Shown here: positions 1 through 7,499 of the stretch, piece by piece
Position numbering within the stretch: position 1 is the first letter of the stretch
Layout: each line of letters begins with the position of its first letter
DNA from: Candidatus Poribacteria bacterium
GTDB taxonomy: Bacteria > Poribacteria > WGA-4E > WGA-3G
Assembly: GCA_007571355.1 (NCBI GenBank)
Contig: RKRO01000509.1
Span: 1-44,589 of the forward strand
DNA: 44,589 nucleotides
Direction of reading: 5' to 3'
The notes under the pieces: generated by a model
The model's database searches: none
What the model saw: only the letters and a program-made list of their open reading frames with translations
Told to the model about the DNA's origin: nothing
Translations under genes and position numbers: made by a program

Positions 1-34
1 ATTCTAAGATATTGGTTTAACAAAGGAGCGTAGA

Positions 35-832
35 ATGTTTTACGAATTATCACGTCTACCCATCGGAAAGTTACAAATGGTCTTTGTCGTTGTTGCGGTG
101 ATCATAGCCTTCGCAGCTTCAACGGATGCCGATCTCAGCGACCCGACGCTATCTGTCTACTATAGTTTTGACGAGGATGGCGATACCGTCAAAGACGGCT
201 CCATTTACGGTAACGACGGGACAATTGAAGGAAAATCTCAGCGAGAAGATGGTGTTATCGGCAAAGCTGTTGTTTTAGAACCACAAACGTGGGTGAACTT
301 AAACGGACCGGAATTTGAAAATGCGCCGGTTGAAGGTTTCACCCTCGCTGTCTGGATCAATCATAACGATTCCCCCGAACCCCAGAGCATCTTCGACGCG
401 ATTGGCACTGATCACGCGAGCGGTCTCTTCCATGTGGAAATCCGTCCCGCCGGCTTCAGATGGTTTCATAGAGATGGTGCCCAGGCAGAAGTTTTCAATA
501 TCAACCCCGGCCCCGTTATTGACGGTGGGGAGTGGGTCCATTTCACCGGGACTTATGATAGTGGTAGCGGTGACACGAAAATCTACGTCGACGGGAAAAT
601 GACACACGAGGCGAAAGGTAAAGGCGAACTTTCAGACAATTGGGGAGTCTCGGCAGCGATCGGACACCATAAGAACGGTCGCTGGTTCGATGGCCTGATG
701 GACGAGTTCTATATTTTCGGTCGCGCCCTATCCGAAGATGAAATTAAAGAGGTAATGGACGGTGAATTTTTGGCGGTAGAACCGGAGGGTAAAATCGCCA
801 CAACTTGGGGCAGTCTTAAAACGCGACGCTAA
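35..832 (+). CDS. secreted or anchored LamG (Laminin_G_3 / concanavalin-like jellyroll) domain protein
   Basis: 265-aa ORF. AAGGAG lies 6 nt upstream of ATG 35. Hydrophobic N-terminus (VFVVVAVIIAFAAS). The body and the tail GLMDEFYIFGRALSEDEI look like LamG-type lectin-fold domains. Confidence 0.75.
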   Translation: MFYELSRLPIGKLQMVFVVVAVIIAFAASTDADLSDPTLSVYYSFDEDGDTVKDGSIYGNDGTIEGKSQREDGVIGKAVVLEPQTWVNLNGPEFENAPVEGFTLAVWINHNDSPEPQSIFDAIGTDHASGLFHVEIRPAGFRWFHRDGAQAEVFNINPGPVIDGGEWVHFTGTYDSGSGDTKIYVDGKMTHEAKGKGELSDNWGVSAAIGHHKNGRWFDGLMDEFYIFGRALSEDEIKEVMDGEFLAVEPEGKIATTWGSLKTRR

Positions 833-860
833 GATTACCGATTGAATCGCGAACGAAGCG

Positions 861-899
861 GCTCGAACACAGTGTTTTTGTGTGTCTGAGCCGTTTTTT
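861..899 (+). terminator. rho-independent terminator candidate after the LamG gene
   Basis: Imperfect hairpin GCTCGAACACA...TGTGTGTCTGAGC (861..891), followed by CG and a T6 run (894..899). Confidence 0.5.
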
Positions 900-907
900 G
901 TGCTGAA

Positions 908-1813
908 CTATCGATGCGGCGCATATTCCCAATCGAAACGTTGCCGTCCGTAAAGTGTGCCGTTAATTTCGGCCTGGTGGCAGATGAGGCACCGGTGAGC
1001 CTCGGTAACACCGTGCAGTTCATGCGCCAACTGAATCTCTTCTGTGTTATGCACGTGGCATTTGAGACACGTATAACTCCGGTAATCATTATCGGCGTAG
1101 ATGGCGACTTGATCTGCAGCCTTCCGAACGTGGTAGGTGCGTCCATCCTCGGTATCGGTAACCGTCCACGCATTTCCGGGTGCCTTGATTGAGATGGACG
1201 CGGTTGTCGGTACCCTGCTTTCATTTTGTAAGAACCACCAGTGCAGGTCTTCAGGGATAGTCGCCGACGCATCCAAATCCTGTGGAAAGGTTGTACGGAC
1301 ATGGAACAGCAGCCGTTCAGGCGTATGACACCTTGCACACGGTACATCGTGGACCTCGGTGAGCGGGAAGAATTCGTCGTGTTCTAATTTCTGTTGGCCG
1401 TGAAGTACGATGCTAATCAGCAGAATCGGTGCAAGGATGAGGTGGCATCGGAGCAGAATCTGGCGCGTCTTGCGAGTTGTTAGACTCACAGCGATCCCAG
1501 TACCTAAATTCAATAGCGCGAGTAGGAGCGTCAGCCATGAGTGCCACACGAGCGGTTGGAACGCGGAATGGTATAGCACCAAGCATAACCCCATGGATGC
1601 AAGGCGTTGATGGTATTTCAGCCATGTTTGGCGACTGCCCCACCGAATCCAGCGACTTCGCAGAAGATAGAGGCTGGCAATGACAATAGCAATAGCCCCG
1701 ATAATGCTAATCGTATGTCTCGCCTCCCCGAAACTGCCCGCCTGATAGATACATAGCCCAGAAATAACAGCGGCACCAACAATACCGTGTCCAATTTGGA
1801 TAAAGACTTTCAT
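908..1813 (-). CDS. membrane-bound multihaem c-type cytochrome (polytopic N-terminal domain fused to a tri-haem domain)
   Basis: 301-aa ORF with ATG at 1813. The N-terminal half has 4-5 hydrophobic helices with conserved His (cytochrome b / DUF4405-like appearance). The C-terminal half has three CxxCH motifs (CARCH, CLKCH, CLICH). Confidence 0.7.
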   Translation of the reverse strand: MKVFIQIGHGIVGAAVISGLCIYQAGSFGEARHTISIIGAIAIVIASLYLLRSRWIRWGSRQTWLKYHQRLASMGLCLVLYHSAFQPLVWHSWLTLLLALLNLGTGIAVSLTTRKTRQILLRCHLILAPILLISIVLHGQQKLEHDEFFPLTEVHDVPCARCHTPERLLFHVRTTFPQDLDASATIPEDLHWWFLQNESRVPTTASISIKAPGNAWTVTDTEDGRTYHVRKAADQVAIYADNDYRSYTCLKCHVHNTEEIQLAHELHGVTEAHRCLICHQAEINGTLYGRQRFDWEYAPHR

Positions 1814-1924
1814 GCTATCAGTTTAGCATGGATATGAAGTGGAGGCAAGAAAAATCTCATCGCTATATGAAATTTGGGATAATGCAAGAGGATACCTGCG
1901 AAAGCGAAGAAGGTGCAAGCATAT

Positions 1925-3968
1925 CTATTGGAGTGGTAAATTCTTGTCGATTTCAGGGAACCCTGTTTTGAGGTATTTCGGATCGGTTTGGATGTCGGGG
2001 GGATAGTGGATCTCCCAGGTTTTGATAGGGGCATCGGCAAAATTCGCCCTTGGATAGATCGGTACAAATGCTTCGCTCAATGTGCCACGCAGAAATGAAT
2101 CTTTTGGATCCTTGCCGGTGAGCATGAGGTGCGTTGCGCCGTGTGTCTTTAGGTATTCCAATGCCTCGCTTTCGGAAGTCGCGTTATGCACATGTTGGTA
2201 ATAGAGAAGTATCCAGTTTTGGAGGTAGGTGTCTTGGTCGGTGATCGTTTTGACCCCCGCAAGGACGTTGAGCTGACTGCCATAGGCCCAATGTGCTGTG
2301 ACAACCGAGTTCTGCGGCAGTTCTGCTTTTATCCAAGCAAACGTCTTTGCCACATGGGGTGTCGGCTTAGGGCTCCGGAGTCGAGCGGTATAAATGGCGC
2401 GTGTTGCGTGTGCGCCGAGGGGTGGGAAGAACAGTATCCCCGCCAGTAAAGCGATCGCGGCACCGTTTTTCAGGGCAGCACGGAGTCCGATCGGTTTAAC
2501 TTTATCGCTCAGGGCATTTGAAAAGCGGTGTATGAGTTCTGCGGTGGTGTATGAGTTCTGCGGTAAAGAAGGCGAGCGGTACGCCGATAAAGAAGTCGTA
2601 ACGTTTCGCGTCACGGGCGAGTGCAACCCAGAAAACAAACCACGCGAGGAAGGCAACAATCGGCATCAGGGGCTGTGCTTTGGACGTTTCACGCCACGCG
2701 GACATCAGGAATCCGACACCGATACATATCACAGCCAACGAAAAGAAAAAAGAGACCTCGGATGCGTCAAAGAGATGTTTTTCAAGGGGTTCTCAGAAAA
2801 AGGTAGTCGCTATGAAAAGGACGAGTGGGACGATCAGGCAGGTCTGATCCGAGTAACGTTGACAGGCGATTATCAGTCCCATACTGCCAATAATAAAGAC
2901 ACCGCCGTATCTGAAGACCCAAAACCCGAAATGCGGGGCACGGAGTTCTGTCATCGCTTGCATCACAGGGGTGTCACTGATCGGGACGGTGGTATCGGCA
3001 AAGGTGTTTTGTTGTGTCCAGACATAGCCGAGGGCAAGCGTAACACATGTGAGTGTTAAGACGAGAGAAATGGTGCGTGCATGCGGGCGGTATCTTTCTA
3101 CTTTCACAAGGAGTAGGTGTCGGATCGTGCGCATTGCCAAAAGCATAAGGGGCGGTATCAGAACGAATGCGGCGAGGTGTTCGGCGAAGCCGTAGCCGTC
3201 TCTATAGGCGGGTGAGGCGAGGTAAAGCGTCGGCACAAAGCAGCACACCCAGAGGGCATAAGGAACTAATCCTTCCTCTGTTTCGGTCGTTAGAAACCGC
3301 CACAGCTCTACGGCGATGATGACACTCAGGAACACGCCGAAACCTTCCCAACTCAGCCCGCCCAGAAAGACAATAACGCCACTTGTGAGCGTCCAAATCA
3401 GGCGTTTGCGTGACGTGTCGACTTGTAGGGAAACGAGATAAGTGACGACAGCAAGAATACCTATCATCAGGCAGAAGGCATCGCGATCCCCGAACCCCGC
3501 AGTGCTTCTGTTGATGGTCCCTGGGAGGGTTGCCAAAATCACGCCTGCAATGAACGAAAACATCAGCCCGTAGGTGTGATATAAGTAGAGGCAGAGCGCG
3601 CCGAGCCCGATACAAAAGCAGACGACAGGCATGTAGCGGCAGACGTGATAGAGCGTGAGGTTCGGAAAGACCCACATGATCACTTTATGGGTATACGCAA
3701 GGACGTAGCCGTAAAGGTTGAGGGTTTGTCCTAAATCTCTGCCGAGGGGCAGCCACCGGTGCATGTCGCGCGCCGGTAACTGCCCGTGTTCGGAAATCAG
3801 CGATGCCTGCCAATAGTAGAAGTAGCCATCGTTGCCAGTGAACTGCCCATCGGGAATGTCCCCTACGTCTCCAAGGCGGATCCAGAACGCCAAAAAGAGT
3901 AGAGACACCAGCACAGGGATGCAACTAATGTTCTTCAGCACCTGCATCCGTTTCTGTGAAATGTTCAA
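1925..3968 (-). pseudogene. STT3/AglB/PglB-like oligosaccharyltransferase, disrupted by an in-frame TGA and a 19-bp tandem duplication
   Basis: Three consecutive minus-strand ORFs (2793..3968, 2502..2738, 1925..2659) read as one roughly 700-aa polytopic protein. An N-terminal loop GNDGYFYYW is DxD-like, and a C-terminal soluble domain carries HWAYG in place of the WWDYG motif. ORF1 and ORF2 share a frame and are separated only by TGA 2795..2793. ORF2 and ORF3 differ by +1, caused by the duplication at 2527..2564. Confidence 0.6.
2527..2564. repeat. perfect 19-bp tandem duplication (GGTGTATGAGTTCTGCGGT x2) causing a frameshift
   Basis: 2527..2545 is identical to 2546..2564. Both flanking ORFs translate the copy as TAELIH. 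Deleting one copy joins ...FFTAELIH to RFSNALSDK... in frame. Confidence 0.95.
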
Positions 3969-4221
3969 AGTATTCAGCGATCTCTGGATCGGACTGTTTC
4001 AGATGCTGGAGTCCTTCTTTGAGTCCGTATGTCCGTATCAGTTCAGAGGCTTTCTGATACGCCAACTGTTGTTTTCGCAGGGATGCCAGCCGTTCTCGCA
4101 TCTCTGCGACATCTTCTGCAGTCGGTTTGGCGCAGCACTCACAGTCTTTTTTAGCCTGTGTCGTCGCAATGTCCGCAGATTCGACTCGCGGGGTCGATGT
4201 TGGAAGGTTTCCTGTCGCCAA
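3925..4221 (-). CDS. hypothetical small protein (CECC motif, helical acidic C-terminus)
   Basis: 98-aa ORF with a TTG start, overlapping the OST start by 44 nt. The frame stays open upstream to 4311 and encodes a signal-anchor-like segment (IKETRFLYSIATLAIGSILAIFVGLATG) with no canonical start. GAGG lies 8 nt before an ATA codon at 4293. Confidence 0.4.
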   Translation of the reverse strand: MATGNLPTSTPRVESADIATTQAKKDCECCAKPTAEDVAEMRERLASLRKQQLAYQKASELIRTYGLKEGLQHLKQSDPEIAEYFEHFTETDAGAEEH

Positions 4222-4336
4222 ACCGACAAAGATCGCGAGGATGCTACCGATGGCAAGGGTCGCTATGCTGTATAAAAAACGTGTTTCTTTTATGAGGAAC
4301 GCCTCTTTCGTTTATTTCTGTCCAATGTGTGAGCCA

Positions 4337-5017
4337 TTATTCTATACCGGGAGGCAATGTATAGCCGTACGTGACAAGGTTATCGAGATAACGTTGCCAA
4401 GCCGTCTCCTGCAGCTCACGGGGCGTGGCAACGTCCTTGAGAACAAGACCAATAAGACCACTACGATTCATGAGCATGTCCTTGACTTCCACCAACAGAG
4501 CCACTTGTTCTTCCATCGGCATGGATTGAAGCCCTCGAACAAGTTCAGGCGTTTTCCGAGCTTTCAACTGATCCGCTCTTGCTTGTATTTCTGCAATCTC
4601 TGCTTTTAGGGCGGGCATTTCTGCTAATATACGATCTGATTCCTCTATGAGCCACTGTGTATCTGGATCAAGTGCTTCGTCTGTGTCGAGTGTCGCCGCT
4701 TGGACACTTGTGGAACCGTTCGGTGTCTCTGCATCTGTTTCGGCCGCGGGTTTTTCAAAAGTGTTGTTCATAAGCGTGGTATCAGAATGAAGATCTGCCG
4801 TTTCTATAGGGGCAGTGTCCGTTGGTGGGACTACCTGCATTGTGGACACGGTCGGTTGTTGGGCAACCGTCGTCTTTTGGTTGGCAATCGGTGTTACGGT
4901 CTTATAGACTTTCTTCGGTTCCGCCTTTAGGATTTTCTGAGCCGGGCGATGATGTCCGAAATACCAGATTGCACTCAAAAAGACGGTTACAAGCGAAAAT
5001 ACGATTACTTTTTTCAT
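4337..5017 (-). CDS. hypothetical signal-anchored protein (TM helix, Thr/Pro/Asp-rich linker, helical C-terminal domain)
   Basis: 226-aa ORF. GAAGGAA lies 8 nt upstream of ATG 5017. N-terminus is MKKVIVFSLVTVFLSAIWYF. Confidence 0.6.
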   Translation of the reverse strand: MKKVIVFSLVTVFLSAIWYFGHHRPAQKILKAEPKKVYKTVTPIANQKTTVAQQPTVSTMQVVPPTDTAPIETADLHSDTTLMNNTFEKPAAETDAETPNGSTSVQAATLDTDEALDPDTQWLIEESDRILAEMPALKAEIAEIQARADQLKARKTPELVRGLQSMPMEEQVALLVEVKDMLMNRSGLIGLVLKDVATPRELQETAWQRYLDNLVTYGYTLPPGIE

Positions 5018-5043
5018 CTGTCATGTTCCTTCTATGGGACGAT

Positions 5044-5086
5044 CCCTCGGTTGTTACTTCTTCTAAAACAGCGTAACAACCGAGGG
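5044..5086. other. perfect 14-bp stem with 15-nt loop, intergenic hairpin
   Basis: CCCTCGGTTGTTAC (5044..5057) pairs with GTAACAACCGAGGG (5073..5086). There is no U-run on either strand. It lies between the 133-aa and 226-aa genes. Confidence 0.8.
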
Positions 5087-5124
5087 GTCACGTCTGATTT
5101 GGCAGGCATTCCTACCACTGCGGA

Positions 5125-5526
5125 TCAGTCACTATCACAGTCGTCACTATCACAGTCGTCACTATCACAGTCGTCACTGTTCTTGCAGTTTTCTAACGCT
5201 TCTTCTGCAGATTCAAGTAAATCCTCCGCTAAATCTAAAGCCGCTTGGGCTACCTCAAGTGCAGCCTGTGCTATGGCGATTTGCTTGAGCGTTTTCGCAT
5301 TTTTTAGCAGTGCTTCGGCCGCTGCTACGGCTACTTTAGCTGCCGCTACGCCGAGTTTCGCGGCAGCTACCGCCGCACGCTCGAGCAGGCACCAACTTGC
5401 CACAGCAGGTGAAACGGTGAGGAAACACATCGCACAAATCAGAATCAGGGCAACAACTGAAAGTAGATTTGTGTTGATTTTCGGCCCTTGAAACGGTTTG
5501 TGGTTCAAAGTCAATGTATGCGTCAT
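5125..5526 (-). CDS. small membrane-anchored Ala-rich helical protein with a C-terminal (DDCDS)3 repeat
   Basis: 133-aa ORF. GGAGAA lies 4 nt upstream of ATG 5526. One TM helix (LLSVVALILICAMCFLTV), an Ala-rich coiled-coil-like segment, and the tail CKNSDDCDSDDCDSDDCDSD. It sits downstream of the ECF sigma gene, so an anti-sigma or partner role is only a guess. Confidence 0.6.
   Translation of the reverse strand: MTHTLTLNHKPFQGPKINTNLLSVVALILICAMCFLTVSPAVASWCLLERAAVAAAKLGVAAAKVAVAAAEALLKNAKTLKQIAIAQAALEVAQAALDLAEDLLESAEEALENCKNSDDCDSDDCDSDDCDSD
5128..5178. repeat. 15-bp tandem repeat (GTCACTATCACAGTC x3 plus a partial copy) encoding DDCDS units
   Basis: Three perfect copies at 5128..5172 and a 6-nt partial copy. 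Confidence 0.95.
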
Positions 5527-5540
5527 TAAGTTCTCCTATG

Positions 5541-5570
5541 ATTATATCAAGTTTTAGGATAAATTGTCAA
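5541..5570 (-). promoter_or_regulatory. consensus sigma-70 promoter (TTGACA-18-TATAAT) for the 133-aa gene
   Basis: On the minus strand, TTGACA is at 5570..5565 and TATAAT at 5546..5541. The SD and ATG follow within 15 nt, which implies a very short leader. Confidence 0.6.
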
Positions 5571-5729
5571 GAAAATCGTTTTTGATTTTTTGACATTCGG
5601 ATACAATTGTTAATCGTTGTCCAAACGGTAGTATCGTTTGGGTGAACTTGCACCAGCTGCGAAGTTCCCTAATAGGATGCCAACATTGACTGAACAGCAG
5701 TCAATCTGTGTCGGCATCGGGTTGAAAAG

Positions 5730-6524
5730 TTATCTCTCGTTGTCCACCAGTGCGGAAACGGGATCCGCGGGGTTAGCCTTCGCGGCTTTCTTCCACTGTA
5801 CAATCACGCGTTTCACAGTCTTCTCAACGGTGGCAGGAGAGATGCCGAGTGCCTTTGTGATCTCCGAGAACGGTTGCCCATCCAAGTGCCGTTCCATAAT
5901 GTATTGCTCCTTGACTTCAGGGAGGCAGTCCATCAACACTTCTAAATTGCGAGCGATGGGTGTTAACCATTCAAGAAGGCGTTCCCATCTTTTCTGAACG
6001 GCACCTGATGTTGCGCCTATCGTTTGTGCGATCTCTCTAATCTCAGCTCCCTCAAGTTTGAGTTCTACGACTTTTCGGTCATCCCCTTGGAGGAGATAGA
6101 GGCATTGTTGCAGTCGATACCGATTTGTCTCGGTTTGTTCGGCATCGGTTTTGGCGATAAATGCGGCGTAGGGTGCCTCTTTTTCGCTGTCAGAAAGGTC
6201 TTCAAGCAATTTGAGGGATCCGGAGCCTGTTTCCCTTCGACGCTTCGCGTCTCTAATTTCATTCAGCGTTAAATTTTTCGCGATAGTGAACAGCCACCCT
6301 GGTACCTTTTCCGGTTCTCGGACTTCGTTCTTCTTTTGCAAGGCTCTGATAAAGGTTTCTTGCGTTAGGTCATCGGCATCTACAGCGGGATCCGAATGAT
6401 CTCGCAGCATTCTGTCAATTGAACGAAAAATGGCCTTGTAATACGTTTTGAAAAGTAGTTCAAAGGCGTCGTTGTCGTCATCCGTTTCCAAGAATCGCCG
6501 GTTTATAGCAGTATTGTCATCCAC
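5730..6524 (-). CDS. ECF-type RNA polymerase sigma factor with two tandem sigma-4 (HTH) domains
   Basis: 264-aa ORF with a GTG start. Region 2 is DLTQETFIRAL...WLFTIAKNLTLNEIR. The first region 4 is DDRKVVELKLEGAEIREIAQTIGATSGAVQKRWERLL. A second region-4-like unit is VKEQYIMERHLDGQPFSEITKALGISPATVEKTVKRVI. Confidence 0.8.
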   Translation of the reverse strand: MDDNTAINRRFLETDDDNDAFELLFKTYYKAIFRSIDRMLRDHSDPAVDADDLTQETFIRALQKKNEVREPEKVPGWLFTIAKNLTLNEIRDAKRRRETGSGSLKLLEDLSDSEKEAPYAAFIAKTDAEQTETNRYRLQQCLYLLQGDDRKVVELKLEGAEIREIAQTIGATSGAVQKRWERLLEWLTPIARNLEVLMDCLPEVKEQYIMERHLDGQPFSEITKALGISPATVEKTVKRVIVQWKKAAKANPADPVSALVDNER

Positions 6525-6904
6525 CTTTATCTGTCATGAGCCTCCTATGTCGGGCAATCGGTTTGTAATGGATTGCCCTCGTATATACATGACACCAACT
6601 TGGGGTGGATTCCGACATATCGGGTTATTTTTTTTATAACCCAAGTTGCTACGGACGCAATTTTAGAGATTCATCTATTATTTTCCATTGCAAATACCGT
6701 CCTCGAAGAAACACCCCAGCCCCCACAAGCAGGGGAAATCAGAGGGCATCGCTTCTATTTGATGTGTTTCAATCCTTACGGACTTTACTATAATGTGTGG
6801 GTTTGAACAGTATGGGAAAAGTGAAGCGGATGTAAACTTTTTTTACCGTTTTCTCGTATAATATGTTATAATTGACCAAGATTCATGGATAGGAGGAGAG
6901 AACA

Positions 6905-7483
6905 ATGAAGCTGCAATCTACTTTTCTGCTGTTGTTGCTTCTTGCAGGGGTAGCATTTGCCGGGTGTTATACGCAACTCGGTTATCATGTGTCTTCAAAC
7001 TTTGAACATGGACACCCTTATAGAGGTGTAAGAGATACTGACACGGCGCACACTTCCGAAGCAGAATCAGAAAAGTTTGAACAAGAACACACAGATGCTG
7101 AGGTGTCGGAAGGTTATTACGGACGACGGAAGCGGACTTCGCGTACCGTCTATGCTTATCCTGATGGATACCGTACCTATTCGGTGCCTTACACTTATGC
7201 GTATCCATCCTTTTTTTATTATCCGTATCACCCATTTTACGGATACCGGTATTATTACGGATATCGCGCGCCGTATTCTCGCTACTATAGAAGTTATTAT
7301 CCATATACAAACGTCTATCGGCGGTATCACAGTGGAAGTCGGTGGGCACCACTTTCACGGCGGACTAACAAAAAAGGCGATCTACGGCTAGAAAACCGAC
7401 GTTCTCGCAGTTCGCGCGGCGTGACTTCGCCAAGGTCGGAAGCAGGGCGGCTGCGAACAAGAAATCAGAACAGAACACGATAA
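6905..7483 (+). CDS. Tyr/Arg-rich low-complexity lipoprotein
   Basis: 192-aa ORF. GGAGGAG lies upstream of ATG 6905. Signal peptide with a lipobox-like LAGVAFAGC. Core sequence YPSFFYYPYHPFYGYRYYYGYRAPYSRYYRSYYPY. Basic RS-rich tail. Confidence 0.6.
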   Translation: MKLQSTFLLLLLLAGVAFAGCYTQLGYHVSSNFEHGHPYRGVRDTDTAHTSEAESEKFEQEHTDAEVSEGYYGRRKRTSRTVYAYPDGYRTYSVPYTYAYPSFFYYPYHPFYGYRYYYGYRAPYSRYYRSYYPYTNVYRRYHSGSRWAPLSRRTNKKGDLRLENRRSRSSRGVTSPRSEAGRLRTRNQNRTR

Positions 7484-7499
7484 GGGAGGGATCAAAACG

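Noticed and set aside
2793-2795. The in-frame TGA in the oligosaccharyltransferase gene as a possible second selenocysteine site.
   Set aside because: It is not at a Cys or redox position (..TTFF*EPLEK..). I found no stem-loop with a G-containing apical loop in the next 40 nt. The same gene also carries a frameshifting duplication, so a nonsense lesion in a pseudogene is the simpler reading.
5128-5178. The 15-bp tandem repeat as a possible CRISPR or minisatellite locus.
   Set aside because: The copies are contiguous with no spacers. They are in frame within a CDS, and no cas genes are present.
4949-5491. The 180-aa plus-strand ORF with an SLSQSSLSQSSLSQSS repeat.
   Set aside because: It is the antisense translation of the 15-bp repeat and Ala-rich region of the minus-strand 133-aa gene. 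That gene has a consensus promoter, an SD and a TM helix.
5585-5615. A plus-strand TTGACA near 5590 as a promoter.
   Set aside because: Spacing to the best -10-like hexamer (TAATCG) is 15 nt. It would transcribe antisense into the sigma gene. It is more likely half of an imperfect palindrome with the minus-strand -35 box.
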